From NCBI GenBank assembly GCA_964291415.2, contig OZ219917.1, forward strand, positions 928,001-992,000: DNA of 64,000 bases, read 5' to 3'. Position numbers and translations under genes: made by a program. The DNA comes from Alphaproteobacteria bacterium (lineage in GTDB: Bacteria; Pseudomonadota; Alphaproteobacteria; SP197). The notes beneath the pieces were generated by a model, which was not told where the DNA came from, did not search any database, and saw only the letters and a list, made by a program, of their open reading frames with translations. Shown in pieces: positions 1 to 11,381 of the stretch (the stretch's first letter is position 1; each line of letters opens with the position of its first letter).

Positions 1-10
1 TGAAGGCCGC

Positions 11-1780
11 TCAGGAAGGCTTGGCGAGACGGATGCCGAGTTCTCTCAGCTGCCGTCCCGAAACCTCTCCCGGCGCCCCCATCATCAGGTCCTGGGCCTG
101 CTGGTTCATCGGGAAGAGCGTGACTTCGCGGATGTTCGATTCACCTGCGAGCAGCATGACGATGCGGTCGATTCCAGGAGCGATGCCGCCGTGGGGAGGG
201 CATCCGTAGCGAAACGCATCGTGGAGGGCGCCGAACCGCGCCTCGACCTCGCTCGCCGGGTAACCGGCGATCTCGAATGCCTTGATCATGGTGGCCGGCT
301 CGTGATTGCGGATGGCGCCGCTGGAGAGTTCGACGCCGTTGCACACGATGTCGTACTGGTAGGCCAGAATATCGAGGGGGTCCCGGGTCTCAAGGGCCTC
401 GAGACCGCCCTGGGGCATGGAAAAGGGATTGTGGCTGAAATCGATCCTCTTTCTCTCCGGATCGTACTCGTACATCGGATAGTCGACGATCCAGCAGAAA
501 CGGAAACTGTCCTCATCGGCAAGAGATAGCTCATCGCAGACACGGGCACGCACCAGCCCTGCAATGCGCTCGGCCGCATCCCTCGAATCGCAGGAGAAGA
601 ACACCGCATCGCCGTCATCGAGTCCGGCGAGTGAACGGATCGCGTCGAGTTCACCGTCTTTCAGAAGCCGTGCAACGGGTCCCTTGCCGGCACCGTCCTG
701 GAAGACGATCCAGGCCAGGCCCCCGGCCCCGTTCTCCTGGGCAAAGGCGATCATGCGATCGAAGAAGCTGCGCGGCGACGCCGCACCTCCCGGTACGGGA
801 ATGGCGCGGACCACCGCGCCTTCGCTGATCTGACGGCGGAATATCCTGAAGTCGGACTCGGCAAAGGGCGCCGTGGCATCGACGTTGATGAGGGGATTGC
901 GCAGGTCCGGCTTGTCGGTGCCGTACTTCAGCATGGCGTCGGCATAGGAGATGCGGGGGAACGGGGACTCCGTGACCAAAGACGACGTGAACTCCCGGAA
1001 CAATCCGCCGATGACGGGTTCGATGGCCGCGAACACGTCCTCCTGCGTCACGAAGGCCATTTCCACATCGAGCTGATAGAACTCACCAGGCGATCGGTCG
1101 GCGCGCGCATCCTCGTCACGGAAACAGGGCGCGATCTGAAAGTAGCGGTCGAAGCCGGAGGCCATGACAAGCTGCTTGAACTGCTGTGGCGCCTGTGGGA
1201 GGGCGTAGAAGGAACCGTGATGAAGGCGGCTGGGGACCAGGAAATCCCGCGCCCCTTCCGGACTCGACGCGGTCAGTATGGGAGTCTGGAACTCGAGGAA
1301 ACCGCCCTGGATCATGCGCCGGCGTATGGACTCGATGATCCTCGAGCGCAGCACGATGTTGGCGTGCATCGATGGTCTGCGCAGGTCGAGAAACCTGTAG
1401 CGCAGGCGCACGTCCTCGGGATAATCGACCTCGCCGAAGACCGGCATCGGCAACGGCTCGGCCTCCGACAGCACATGGAACTCCCGGATGCGGACCTCGA
1501 CCTCGCCGGTGTCGATCTCCGGGTTCACGGTGTCGTCGGCGCGGGACACCAGTTCGCCTTCGATGGTGACCACGCTTTCCGGCCGGATCCGCTCGACGGC
1601 GGCAAACCCGGGATCGTCGGTCTCGATGACGCACTGGGTCATGCCGTACTGGTCGCGCAGATCAACGAAGAGAAGGTTGCCGTGATCCCGCTTGCGGTGA
1701 ACCCAGCCGGAAAGGCGTACGGCGGTGCCGACATGGTCGCGGCGAAGTTCACCGCAGGTGTGTGTGCGATAACGGTGCAT
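11..1780 (-). CDS. aspS: aspartate--tRNA ligase, probably non-discriminating (Asp/Asn)
   Basis: N-terminus [12 protein letters not shown]; class II motifs [19 protein letters not shown] and GGIAPGIDR; RDHG in the anticodon-binding domain. Start set at ATG 1780. Confidence 0.97.
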   Translation of the reverse strand: MHRYRTHTCGELRRDHVGTAVRLSGWVHRKRDHGNLLFVDLRDQYGMTQCVIETDDPGFAAVERIRPESVVTIEGELVSRADDTVNPEIDTGEVEVRIREFHVLSEAEPLPMPVFGEVDYPEDVRLRYRFLDLRRPSMHANIVLRSRIIESIRRRMIQGGFLEFQTPILTASSPEGARDFLVPSRLHHGSFYALPQAPQQFKQLVMASGFDRYFQIAPCFRDEDARADRSPGEFYQLDVEMAFVTQEDVFAAIEPVIGGLFREFTSSLVTESPFPRISYADAMLKYGTDKPDLRNPLINVDATAPFAESDFRIFRRQISEGAVVRAIPVPGGAASPRSFFDRMIAFAQENGAGGLAWIVFQDGAGKGPVARLLKDGELDAIRSLAGLDDGDAVFFSCDSRDAAERIAGLVRARVCDELSLADEDSFRFCWIVDYPMYEYDPERKRIDFSHNPFSMPQGGLEALETRDPLDILAYQYDIVCNGVELSSGAIRNHEPATMIKAFEIAGYPASEVEARFGALHDAFRYGCPPHGGIAPGIDRIVMLLAGESNIREVTLFPMNQQAQDLMMGAPGEVSGRQLRELGIRLAKPS

Positions 1781-2016
1781 GAACGACAATCCGGGAAGCA
1801 GGTGTGAAGGCTAGACAACGCAACGCCACCTGTTTGTCAAGCGGCGGATGGCATGCTGTCGGCACGTTCCCCGCTCGATCTTTCACGGCGCCGCCATGAC
1901 ATGGCGATCGTGGTGGCGACAGCTCCGTTCGTTGCCCGTGGTTCCGCGAGTACCGCGCCGCGCACGCAGGGCTCCCCGTGTGGACTTCCGGGAAGCACGC
2001 CGGTAGAGAGACCGCC

Positions 2017-3165
2017 ATGCAGGTTCTTGCCGACACGCAGAGCATTGCCGGGTTCTGTCGTCGCCTGCGGGGCGACACCTGGATCACCGTCGATACGGAG
2101 TTCATTCCGGAGCGCACATACTGGCCGCAGTTGTGCCTCGTTCAGATCGCCGGCGCCGGCGAGGCGGCGGTCATCGATGCCCTGGCGGACGGGCTCGATC
2201 TGGGTCCCGTCTTCGATCTCATGACCGACAGGAATGTGCTCAAGGTGTTCCATGCGGGCCGCCAGGATCTCGAGATTCTTCTCCGCCTTTCGGGCTCCCT
2301 GCCGGGCCCTGTTTTCGACACCCAGGTGGCGGCCATGGCCTGCGGTCATGGTGAACAGGTCGGCTACGCGCGGATTGTCGAGGCGGTCACCGGCAGGACC
2401 ATCGGCAAGGGAGCGCAGATCACGGACTGGTCGAAACGGCCGCTCTCCAGGAAGCAGATTGCCTATGCCCTCGAAGATGTGACCGGTCTTCGCCATGTCT
2501 ACGAACACCTCTCCTCGGTGCTGGCCAGCAAGGGGCGCGAGGCGTGGGTCGGTGACAGAATGGCATGGCTCAACGACCCGCAGACCTACCGCAATGACGT
2601 CTCCCAGGCCTGGACCCGCATCAGGAAGAAGCCCCGGCGGCCGCGCGATCTGGCGGTGTTGCGCGAGGTCGCGGCATGGCGCGAGCGGCTGGCGCAGGAA
2701 AGAAATCTTCCCCGTCGGCGCGTCATGACCGATGACGCCCTTGTTGCCATCGCCACCTCCCGACCGCAGACTGAGGAGGCGCTCCAGGGAGTCCGGCTTG
2801 TTCCGCGCGGCATGGCGGGAGGCTCCCGGGGACGCCAGATCATCGAGGCAGTCAATCGTGCCATGGAACTTGGCACGGACGCCCTGCCACAGCTCGACGA
2901 AAGGCAGACTGCGCGTGTGCCGCTGCCCCTTGCCGATCTCATCCGCACCCTGATCAACGCCCGTTGCGAGGAACTTGGCGTGGCCCAGGCGCTGATCGCC
3001 AGTTCAGACGAGATCCGCCGATTTGCCGCCACGCCTTCGGGCGACAACCCGCTGGCATGCGGCTGGCGCTATGACCTGCTCGGACGGGACATCGAACGTC
3101 TGCGGGAGGGAACGCTGGCGCTCGCCCTGGAGAAGGGAACGCTGAAGCTGATCCCGCTCCAGTGA
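2017..3165 (+). CDS. rnd: ribonuclease D
   Basis: DEDDy motifs VDTEF, FHAGRQD, DWSKRPL, YALED; HRDC-like C-terminus; divergent from aspS as is common in Alphaproteobacteria. Confidence 0.95.
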   Translation: MQVLADTQSIAGFCRRLRGDTWITVDTEFIPERTYWPQLCLVQIAGAGEAAVIDALADGLDLGPVFDLMTDRNVLKVFHAGRQDLEILLRLSGSLPGPVFDTQVAAMACGHGEQVGYARIVEAVTGRTIGKGAQITDWSKRPLSRKQIAYALEDVTGLRHVYEHLSSVLASKGREAWVGDRMAWLNDPQTYRNDVSQAWTRIRKKPRRPRDLAVLREVAAWRERLAQERNLPRRRVMTDDALVAIATSRPQTEEALQGVRLVPRGMAGGSRGRQIIEAVNRAMELGTDALPQLDERQTARVPLPLADLIRTLINARCEELGVAQALIASSDEIRRFAATPSGDNPLACGWRYDLLGRDIERLREGTLALALEKGTLKLIPLQ

Positions 3166-5067
3166 TCAGCTGACTGCCGGATAGCCGATTGTCGCCAGGG
3201 CTTCCCTGATCTCGTCAAGCGCGGCGGGATCCTCGATGGTGGCCGGCATGGGCACGGTCTCACCGTCGGCGATCTGTCGCATGGAACGGCGCAGGATTTT
3301 GCCCGAACGGGTCTTGGGAAGGCGCGGAACGATCACCGCCTTGCGGAAGTTCGCCACGGCGCCGACATCGTTGCGCACCCGCCGCACGGCATCGTTCACG
3401 ATGTCGGCATGGGAGGCGGTCGACGTCGCGTTGAGCACCAGAAGTCCGACGGGAACCTGGCCGCGCAACGCATCGGCGACGCCAATCACCGCGCATTCGG
3501 CGACGTCCGGCAACGTGGCCAGGATTTCTTCCATGGCGCCCGTCGACAGGCGGTGGCCGGCGACGTTCATGACATCGTCGGTGCGGCCCATGATGTAGAG
3601 ATAGCCGTCGCTGTCGTACATGCCGGCATCACCGGTTGAATAGTATCCGGGGTACTCCTCGAGATAGCTCGAGACAAAGCCCTCGTCGTTGTTCCACAGG
3701 GTGGGGAGAGAACTCGGCGGCAGGGGCAGACGCACGCAGACGGCGCCCGTGGTGTCGGCAGGCAGGCGATGGCCTCGCGCATTGAGAATGTCGATGGCGT
3801 ATCCGGGAGTCGGTCGGCCCGGCGAGCCGTGCCGTACCGGGAGATCGTCGATGCCACGGCAATAGGCAGCCATCGCCCAGCCCGTCTCCGTTTGCCACCA
3901 GTGGTCGACCACCGGCCGCGACAGCTTCTCCTCTGCCCACGCGATGGTGTCGGGATCGGCGCGTTCACCGGCAAGGAAGAGGGTGCGGAACGCCGAGAGA
4001 TCCGCCTCTGCGAGGAAGTTGCCTTCCGGATCGTCGCGGCGGATGGCGCGGATCGCGGTCGGCGCCGTGAAGAGGGCCGCCACGCGGTTCCTCTCGATGA
4101 CGCGCCAGAAGACCCCGGCGTCGGGTGTACCGACCGGCTTGCCCTCGAAGAGAATTGTCGAATTCCCGTGGAGAAGGGGTGCATAGACGATGTAGCTGTG
4201 ACCGACGACCCAGCCAATGTCGCTCGCCGCCCACCAGCATTCGCCCGGCGCCACGTCATAGATCGCCTGCATGGTCCACGTGAGCGCCACGGCGTGCCCG
4301 CCATTGTCCCGCACGACGCCCTTCGGCTTGCCCGTGGTCCCGGAGGTATAGAGGATGTAGAGCGGGTCGGTGGCGGCCAAAGGGATCCAGTCGACGGGTG
4401 TCGCGCGTGCCATTTCCTCGTGCCAGTCATGGTCGCGTCCTGCCTTGAGTTCGGCGGACTGCTGTTCCCGCGCCAGGACGATCATCGTTCCGGGGACGTG
4501 TGATGCGAGGGTGAAAGCCTCCTCGAGTATGGGGAGGTAGGGGATGATGCGGCCCGGTTCGATACCGCAAGTGGCGGTGAGAACCACTTTGGGCGTCGCG
4601 TCATCGAGGCGCTTGGCGACCTCCGCCGCGGCAAACCCGCCGAACACCACCGAGTGGACGGCACCGATGCGGGCACAGGCCAGCATGGCAATGACGGCCT
4701 CGGGCACGGCGGGCATGTAGATCACGACACGGTCTCCCCGGGCGACCGCGTGGTTGCTCAGGACACCGGCAAAGGTCGCCACCTCGCGCTTGAGTTCGCT
4801 GTAGGTCAGCGTTCGCCTGGCGCCGGTGATCGGGCTTTCCCAGATCAGTGCGAGTTGATCGCCGCGTCCATCGTCCACGTGGCGATCAATGGCATTCCAG
4901 CAGGTGTTGGTCTCGCCGCCGGAGAACCAGTGATAGAAGGGCGCTCCGGAGTCGTCGAGCACCCGGTCCCAGCGTTTCGTCCAGCAGATATTGCCGGCCA
5001 GCTCTTCCCAGTATCCGGCGGGATCAGCCAGCGATTGATGGTAGACGCTCTCGAAAGCCTGCGACAT
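3166..5067 (-). CDS. prpE: propionyl-CoA synthetase (acetate/propionate--CoA ligase family)
   Basis: AMP-binding motif YILYTSGTTGKPKG, DHWWQTETG, PKTRSGKILR; VVRDNGGH is typical of the PrpE type. Confidence 0.88.
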   Translation of the reverse strand: MSQAFESVYHQSLADPAGYWEELAGNICWTKRWDRVLDDSGAPFYHWFSGGETNTCWNAIDRHVDDGRGDQLALIWESPITGARRTLTYSELKREVATFAGVLSNHAVARGDRVVIYMPAVPEAVIAMLACARIGAVHSVVFGGFAAAEVAKRLDDATPKVVLTATCGIEPGRIIPYLPILEEAFTLASHVPGTMIVLAREQQSAELKAGRDHDWHEEMARATPVDWIPLAATDPLYILYTSGTTGKPKGVVRDNGGHAVALTWTMQAIYDVAPGECWWAASDIGWVVGHSYIVYAPLLHGNSTILFEGKPVGTPDAGVFWRVIERNRVAALFTAPTAIRAIRRDDPEGNFLAEADLSAFRTLFLAGERADPDTIAWAEEKLSRPVVDHWWQTETGWAMAAYCRGIDDLPVRHGSPGRPTPGYAIDILNARGHRLPADTTGAVCVRLPLPPSSLPTLWNNDEGFVSSYLEEYPGYYSTGDAGMYDSDGYLYIMGRTDDVMNVAGHRLSTGAMEEILATLPDVAECAVIGVADALRGQVPVGLLVLNATSTASHADIVNDAVRRVRNDVGAVANFRKAVIVPRLPKTRSGKILRRSMRQIADGETVPMPATIEDPAALDEIREALATIGYPAVS

Positions 5068-5190
5068 CGCTCCAGCCCCTGGTTCAACCGGTCACTATCG
5101 TAGGGTCCTTTGGCGCGACCTGAAAGCCGCGCCCTCGCGCTCTCCGGCCGGTCGATTGACGCAAGAGGCCGGTCGGTGCAAGGAAGGGGC

Positions 5191-6675
5191 ATGTCGATGA
5201 ACCAGTCTCCCGACCTCGCGGCAGCGATTGACCGGCTCGCCGGCGCTCGTGTCATGGTGATCGGCGACGTCATGCTCGACCGTTTCATCTACGGGGGCGT
5301 GGAGCGCATCTCTCCCGAGGCACCCGTTCCCGTGCTGCGCGTCGAGACCGAGGAATCCATGCCGGGGGGAGCCGGCAATGTCCTGCGCAACCTGGTCGCC
5401 ATCGGCGCACGGGTGTGTTTCGTGGCTGTCGTGGGAGATGACCAGGTCGGCCGCGATCTGATCTCCATGATCGCCCGGGAAGAGGGCGTGGAACCTTACG
5501 TACTGGTGGAGCGGGACCGGCTATCCACCCGCAAGGACCGGTTCGTCGACGGCGGACACCAGCTGTTGCGCGCCGACCATGAGACGGATCGCGCCATCCT
5601 GCCGGAAACGGCGTCCAGGATCGTCGACATCGCCACCCACGCCATGTCGGGTGTCGATGTGCTTGTCCTGTCGGACTATGCAAAGGGTGTGATGACGGCG
5701 GAGGTAACCGGTGCCGTCATTGCCGCGGCGCGTCACGCGGGCATCCCTGTCATCGTCGACCCCAAGAGTCACGCATTCTCGCGTTACCGCGGGGCCAGCG
5801 TTCTCACCCCCAACCGCCAGGAACTCGCCATGGCGGCCCGCATGGACGTGAACGGCGACGGGGACATTGTCGCGGCCGCCCGAACCGTGATGGACGAATC
5901 GGGTGCCGGATGCATCCTTGTCACACGCAGTGCCGCCGGCATGTCACTCGTCGAGCGCAACGGCGCGACACTCCATCTGCCGGCGGAAGTGCGCGAGGTC
6001 TATGATGTGTCCGGCGCCGGAGACACCGTGGTCGCGGTGTTCGCTGCCGCCCTGGGACAGGGCCTCGCGCTGGAGACCGCCGCCCGGCTGGCCAACCTTG
6101 CCGGTGGTGCGGCCGTGGGCAAGAGCGGTACAGCGGTGGTCGGCACCGACGATCTGCGGCATGTCCTGCATGGCCAGGCCTTCGAAAGCAACGAAGCGAA
6201 GATCGTGTCCCTCGAGACCGCCCAGGACATGGTCGCCTCGTGGCGTGACTCGGCAGAGCGGATCGGCTTCACCAATGGCTGTTTCGATCTGCTCCATCCC
6301 GGCCATGTATCGCTCCTGCGCCAGGCCCGCCAGCAGTGTGACCGGCTGGTGGTGGCGCTCAACAGCGATAGTTCCGTCCGGGGTCTCAAGGGTCCTGGAC
6401 GTCCCGTGCAGTCCGAGATATCCAGGGCCCAGATCCTCGCCTCGATGGCGGACGTGGACCTGGTGGTCGTCTTCAGCGAGGAGACGCCGCTGGCCCTGAT
6501 CGAGCGCCTTCGCCCGGACGTTCTGGTCAAGGGATCGGACTACCGCATCGACGAGGTCGTCGGCGCCGATATCGTGACCTCCTATGGCGGCAGGGTCTAC
6601 CTTGCCGATCTGGTCGACGGATTCAGCACCACCGCGACCGTGACCCGGATGGCGGCCGACGCCGATGGGAAATGA
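5191..6675 (+). CDS. hldE: bifunctional heptose 7-phosphate kinase / heptose 1-phosphate adenylyltransferase
   Basis: PfkB kinase half (RISPEAPVPV, DVSGAGD) fused to a cytidylyltransferase-like half (FTNGCFDLLHPGH, VKGSDY). Confidence 0.95.
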   Translation: MSMNQSPDLAAAIDRLAGARVMVIGDVMLDRFIYGGVERISPEAPVPVLRVETEESMPGGAGNVLRNLVAIGARVCFVAVVGDDQVGRDLISMIAREEGVEPYVLVERDRLSTRKDRFVDGGHQLLRADHETDRAILPETASRIVDIATHAMSGVDVLVLSDYAKGVMTAEVTGAVIAAARHAGIPVIVDPKSHAFSRYRGASVLTPNRQELAMAARMDVNGDGDIVAAARTVMDESGAGCILVTRSAAGMSLVERNGATLHLPAEVREVYDVSGAGDTVVAVFAAALGQGLALETAARLANLAGGAAVGKSGTAVVGTDDLRHVLHGQAFESNEAKIVSLETAQDMVASWRDSAERIGFTNGCFDLLHPGHVSLLRQARQQCDRLVVALNSDSSVRGLKGPGRPVQSEISRAQILASMADVDLVVVFSEETPLALIERLRPDVLVKGSDYRIDEVVGADIVTSYGGRVYLADLVDGFSTTATVTRMAADADGK

Positions 6676-6705
6676 GCGCCTCGCGGCACCTTGTGCCTGA
6701 CAGGG

Positions 6706-6885
6706 TCAGGCAGGACTGTTCACGGTCGACATTCTCTCGATCTGCTCCTTGATCTGAAGTTTCCTGCGCTTGAGATCCGTGAGATGGGTCTGGTTCGGTA
6801 GCGGGCGACGGGATTCATCATGGATTTCCTGCTCGAGTGCTGCATGCCGCGCTTCCAGGACAGCCAAATCATCGGGGTTTGTCAT
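6706..6885 (-). CDS. small DUF465/YdcH-like coiled-coil protein (59 aa)
   Basis: MTNPDDLAVLEARHAALEQEI...LKRRKLQIKEQI pattern; GGAGGA RBS upstream; it is the 3' part of the longer ORF 6706..7623. Confidence 0.8.
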   Translation of the reverse strand: MTNPDDLAVLEARHAALEQEIHDESRRPLPNQTHLTDLKRRKLQIKEQIERMSTVNSPA

Positions 6886-7098
6886 CGATTCCTCCGCCAG
6901 GATTCCCATTTTGCCGGTTCCATGCCGGACATCGCCACAAGGCGAACACTCTGTCCAGGCAGGACCTGGCGGACAGTATAGGAAGGAAGCCGCGTGGTGG
7001 CTATTCAAGAGCGCCTGCCTCTCGTGCCCCGGCTGTTTCGCCGAATTGCCCGGGTGTAGGATCGGTGCGGAGCTGCCTTGAAGGGGAGGCGACGGGTC

Positions 7099-7584
7099 AT
7101 GGTTGAAGTGGGCATCATCATGGGAAGCCAGTCGGACTGGGACACCATGCGCCATGCCGCCGAGACACTGGGAGAAATCGGCATCCCGCACGAGGTCAGG
7201 ATCGTTTCGGCCCACCGCACCCCCGACCGACTCTTCACCTATGCCGAGGCTGCCCATGGCCGCGGTCTCAAGGTCATCATCGCCGGTGCCGGCGGCGCGG
7301 CGCATCTTCCGGGCATGACGGCGGCCAAGACCTCTCTTCCGGTGCTTGGCGTGCCTGTCGAAAGCCGGGCGCTCAATGGCCTCGACAGCCTGCTTTCCAT
7401 CGTGCAGATGCCGGCCGGAGTGCCGGTCGGCACGCTTGCCATTGGCAAGTCGGGCGCAATCAATGCCGCCCTTCTGGCTGCCGCCATCGTCGGTCTCGTC
7501 AATCCGCACGTGGCCCGGGCCCTGGAGGACTGGCGGAGCCAGCAGACCGCATCCGTGGCCGAGCATCCCGACGCCGATGGATGA
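7099..7584 (+). CDS. purE: N5-carboxyaminoimidazole ribonucleotide mutase
   Basis: [34 protein letters not shown]. Confidence 0.97.
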   Translation: MVEVGIIMGSQSDWDTMRHAAETLGEIGIPHEVRIVSAHRTPDRLFTYAEAAHGRGLKVIIAGAGGAAHLPGMTAAKTSLPVLGVPVESRALNGLDSLLSIVQMPAGVPVGTLAIGKSGAINAALLAAAIVGLVNPHVARALEDWRSQQTASVAEHPDADG

Positions 7585-8653
7585 TGACAAGCGTGTGGTC
7601 CCGCCGGGTGGTGTCATCGGCATCGTCGGCGGCGGTCAGCTCGGTCGCATGGCGGCCCTCGCCGCCGCGGCGCTGGGCTACCGTTGCCATGTGTTCTGCC
7701 CCGCAGAGGATAGTCCTGCCGTGGAGGTGGCCCATGCCGCGACCATCGGAGCATACGATGATGCCGGCAGTATCGATGCCTTTGCCTCAGGCGTGGATGT
7801 CATCACCTTCGAGTTCGAGAACCTGCCGGTGGAGTCCTTCCGGCACATGGCCCGGCACGCGCCGGTACGTCCCCACTGGCGTTGCCTGGAAATGACCCAG
7901 CACCGGGTGGTCGAAAAGGACTTTCTCAACCGCCATGACTGCGCCACCGCACCCTACGCCGCCCTTCCCGGACCCGGCGAACGGCTCGCAACGACCGGCA
8001 GCCCGGCGATCCTCAAGACGGCGCGCATGGGCTATGACGGCAAGGGTCAGGTCCGCGTCACACGCCAGCGGGATCTCGAGGACGCCTGGGCAGCCATGGG
8101 GCGCCGGGAGGCCATCCTGGAAGGCGTCGTCGACTTCACCATGGAGGCCTCGGCCATCGTTGCCCGCGACATCAGGGGCGTCATCCGGGCTTTCGATGTT
8201 GTCCGGAACACCCATCGCGACGGCATCCTCGCGGAAACCCGGGCGCCCGCACCCCTGCCCGAACGTGTGGCCGATGGCGCCGTGGCCATGGCCGGCCGGC
8301 TCGCAGAGGCTCTCGACCTCGTCGGTCTCCTGGCAGTGGAGATGTTCGTTGCCCCCGGCGATCGCCTTCTGGTGAACGAACTTGCCGCCAGGCCCCACAA
8401 TTCGGGGCACTGGACCATCGATGCCTGCCGCACCAGCCAGTTCGAACAGTTCATCCGCGCCGTCGCCGGACTGCCCCTGGGCGATCCGTCACGCCACAGC
8501 AACGCCGTGATGACCAATCTCCTGGGTGACGACGCATCCTCCTGGCACGACATTCTCGGCGAGGGCGACGCCAAGCTGCACCTCTACGGCAAGACCCAGG
8601 CACGCCCGGGCCGCAAGATGGGCCACGTCACGCGGCTGTTCCCGCTGGAGTGA
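7577..8653 (+). CDS. purK: N5-carboxyaminoimidazole ribonucleotide synthase
   Basis: [31 protein letters not shown]...RKMGH; overlaps the purE stop. Confidence 0.96.
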   Translation: MDDDKRVVPPGGVIGIVGGGQLGRMAALAAAALGYRCHVFCPAEDSPAVEVAHAATIGAYDDAGSIDAFASGVDVITFEFENLPVESFRHMARHAPVRPHWRCLEMTQHRVVEKDFLNRHDCATAPYAALPGPGERLATTGSPAILKTARMGYDGKGQVRVTRQRDLEDAWAAMGRREAILEGVVDFTMEASAIVARDIRGVIRAFDVVRNTHRDGILAETRAPAPLPERVADGAVAMAGRLAEALDLVGLLAVEMFVAPGDRLLVNELAARPHNSGHWTIDACRTSQFEQFIRAVAGLPLGDPSRHSNAVMTNLLGDDASSWHDILGEGDAKLHLYGKTQARPGRKMGHVTRLFPLE

Positions 8654-9302
8654 TCCGACAGGCCACCTCTCAAGGGATGCAAGGCAGAGTGGCATCAAGA
8701 CCCATTCACTTCCGCGCGTATCAGACCTAGCCGGGCTTGACCTCGATCAGCCGAAGGCTGCCCCGTAGAGGATCGCTGTCTGCCAGGTTGATCGATGTCG
8801 GCCGGCCGATGCCGGACCTATCCTTCGTGGCATCTTCGTGACTCGGTCTCCTACACACTGCTGCCTTGTTTGGCAGCCGCGATTGGCGAGGCGAGAACAG
8901 AACCGTGAGTGAGTTCGCCCCGCTTGCTTCCGTGTGTGTACTGGTGACGGGTGCGACCTAAGACTTCAGTCAAGCATCTGTCAAGCAATGAACAAATGAA
9001 TAAACCCTTATATTACAGTATGTTATAGTCACTATTCCATTGGCATGAAGGTATAGCATGTTACAGAATCAAGCAAGTTTACAGTGACATTGTCCTTCCG
9101 GAAGCCTAATGCGACTACCGCAAGATTCGATTGCAGATTCGCTACAAGATCCCAGCTTCGAAGCAAGTGCATGAGAGTCGCCTGATGTCTGCAGACGACG
9201 GAGTCAAGCACAAGTCAGACAACTCACAGCCCAATTACTCTATGTAAGACAGATATTTATGAGCGACTAGCGGCCCCAATCGAGCCAGTTCCGGCTACAG
9301 AG

Positions 9303-10790
9303 TCAACCATCTTGGGTGGTCAAGCGCTCGGGAGCCGCCCAGAATGGAAGATAGCTACGCGCCCTCGTGCCCGCGTCGGGGTCTGCCAAAGCGATAACGT
9401 TCGCAGCCACTGCATCATTCAGCAACCTTGAGATCATTGATGAATTTTGTTCGGCCACACCAAACCGTTCTCGAATCGACCTATTGGTCATGGGTTCGCG
9501 AACAACATATCGCAGACAGGCGTGCAGATAACAGGCACGGATCCGATCGTCTCTATCCATGTACCGGAAGTCTCTATGCGAGAACAGAACCGCACGAGTA
9601 AATCCTGCCGGTGCTTCAAAAAGTGGTGCCGGAAGTTGGTATGCCTCGACAAGCGACACAACTTTATCAATACCGCTGCCGCGTTCTTCGCAGATTCCCA
9701 ACCGACGCATAAGAGCAGCAAGAGTCTCATTTCGAGACCTGGGGGGAGTGTCGATAAAGCGCCGAGTATCCACAAGTGGCTCACCCGGACTGGTAACCTC
9801 GATCCGGTCACCGAAAATCTCCACCATCGGACCCGAGCCTGTAACAAAGAAATCTTGATGAATAAGTGCGTTTCCCACCAATTCGCGAACAGCCAAAGTT
9901 GGAAACACAGAAACGGTCTTGCGAAGAGCGCCAGCGATCACTTCATTCACAGGCAGGAGACTGTCGACATATTGAACCATCCCCTCAAAGCCGCAGGCAT
10001 AACCTTTGACACCTTCCTGTTCTCTGACGACTTCAGTACGGTTGTTCCCAGCATATTGGATGACCCTCGTTGCTTTGCGCTGAATGAAGTCAAAACGATC
10101 AAGACGCTTCGAAAACAGGATTGCGCCCATATTGGAAATGTTCCATTTCCCAGCATCGTTTCGGTTAATGAGCCTGTCGCCTTCGAGTGCTTCAAGAATG
10201 CCACTTCGGTTATGCGGTAAAGGCGATTCCAAAAGGTCAAAATAGGATGCATAATCCAACAGGCGCAGTACATCTTCTTCGTCGACGTGTTCGGCTGCGA
10301 TTCCACTTTCAAATGGGATTTCATCGAAGACCCGCCAAAGACGCCTCTCCCTTTCGGGAAAGTTCTTCAGTTTCTTCTTGTACGATCCAACGCGGATCGA
10401 CTCCTCGCCGTTGAAGCGTATTGGACAATGGGTTGCACGTGGAATCCTCAACATGACAATTTGTTTATCACCTTCAATAGAAAAAGTGAAAAACCGAAAT
10501 GCCACATCTGGCTCTAGCATATGTGAAAGCCAGCTTTCGAGTTGCTCTCCACCTTTCCTTTGGGAATAAGGATCGAAACTAGTTCCAACCACCTCGTGGT
10601 CCTCGTCACGCACTCCCCATACCAAGTATGCATAGGTCTTGTATGAAATGGCCGCCGCGTTAGCTAATGCTGAAATATATTCACCGATTTCATTAGGATC
10701 GGAGTTATTGTGCTTGAACTCCACCCACTCGGTTTCGCGCGGTAACGCTCTGAGCTGTGAGAGAAGGTTGGCCAGATGTGTATTGCTCAC
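9303..10790 (-). CDS. AlbA_2 (Schlafen-like) domain + HATPase_c_4 + C-terminal HTH protein
   Basis: ETEWVEFKHN...ISALAN...LVWGV N-terminal domain; ELVGNALIHQDF, IEVTSPG, RNETLAALMRRLGICEERGSG; visibly AT-richer than its flanks. Confidence 0.8.
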   Translation of the reverse strand: MSNTHLANLLSQLRALPRETEWVEFKHNNSDPNEIGEYISALANAAAISYKTYAYLVWGVRDEDHEVVGTSFDPYSQRKGGEQLESWLSHMLEPDVAFRFFTFSIEGDKQIVMLRIPRATHCPIRFNGEESIRVGSYKKKLKNFPERERRLWRVFDEIPFESGIAAEHVDEEDVLRLLDYASYFDLLESPLPHNRSGILEALEGDRLINRNDAGKWNISNMGAILFSKRLDRFDFIQRKATRVIQYAGNNRTEVVREQEGVKGYACGFEGMVQYVDSLLPVNEVIAGALRKTVSVFPTLAVRELVGNALIHQDFFVTGSGPMVEIFGDRIEVTSPGEPLVDTRRFIDTPPRSRNETLAALMRRLGICEERGSGIDKVVSLVEAYQLPAPLFEAPAGFTRAVLFSHRDFRYMDRDDRIRACYLHACLRYVVREPMTNRSIRERFGVAEQNSSMISRLLNDAVAANVIALADPDAGTRARSYLPFWAAPERLTTQDG

Positions 10791-11255
10791 TATTCTGCCT
10801 CCGCACTTGATGTCGCCCTAGCGACGGCAATGGCGGGTCTAGGCCCGGGAAATGGTCTGCTTGAAATACTATTGCACGGATGACGGCCGCTCCAGTGGCG
10901 TCGGAGCGTGTCCTCGGGGCGCCGAGGAGTGGGTCACCCGCAAACCTGTCATCAGCGAGAAATTATGCCCGAAAGGTGGTGAGAACGGCATTGGCGGCCT
11001 GTTTGATATGCTTGGTGCCACCCTTGAATTGTACCGTATTGGTGGCCTTGGCGACATGGTTGGCGGCTTGACTTTGATCACACCTGTGGATGAGACGATG
11101 CTTCAGGCGACCAGGGGTGCTGCAGCATATTGGCCCTTGATTGCGGAGAGGCGTCCTCGTTGCACATGACGGGAACGATCCGCTTGACGTCGCACAGTTT
11201 CCGGGCGTCGGCAGAGAGATCAGAGTGACAAGGATGATTGAAGGGTAGGTGCCGT

Positions 11256-11317
11256 GCACGGGCAGTGCCACTCAGGCGATCGTCACCGTTCCGGGAGAAT
11301 TCAATGTCCTGGCCGGT
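11256..11317 (+). repeat. imperfect direct repeat, copy 1 (~62 bp)
   Basis: GCACGGGCAGTGCCAC...CGTTCCGGGAGAATTCAATGTCCTGGCCGGT; aligns to 11895..11957 with about 9 mismatches and 1 gap by manual count. Confidence 0.85.
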
Positions 11318-11381
11318 CTCTTGTCCCGGTCCCGATCAAGTTCGTGGGACCGGGAAAACACCCGTTGCCGGAGATTCCCGC

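Noticed and set aside
8940-9260. AT-rich stretch as a CRISPR leader or array
   Set aside because: No regularly spaced 23-47 bp repeats with spacers and no cas genes in the window.
10852-11169. 105-aa ORF divergent from the AlbA_2 gene as a partner protein
   Set aside because: No RBS and no recognisable domain; probably a decayed fragment.
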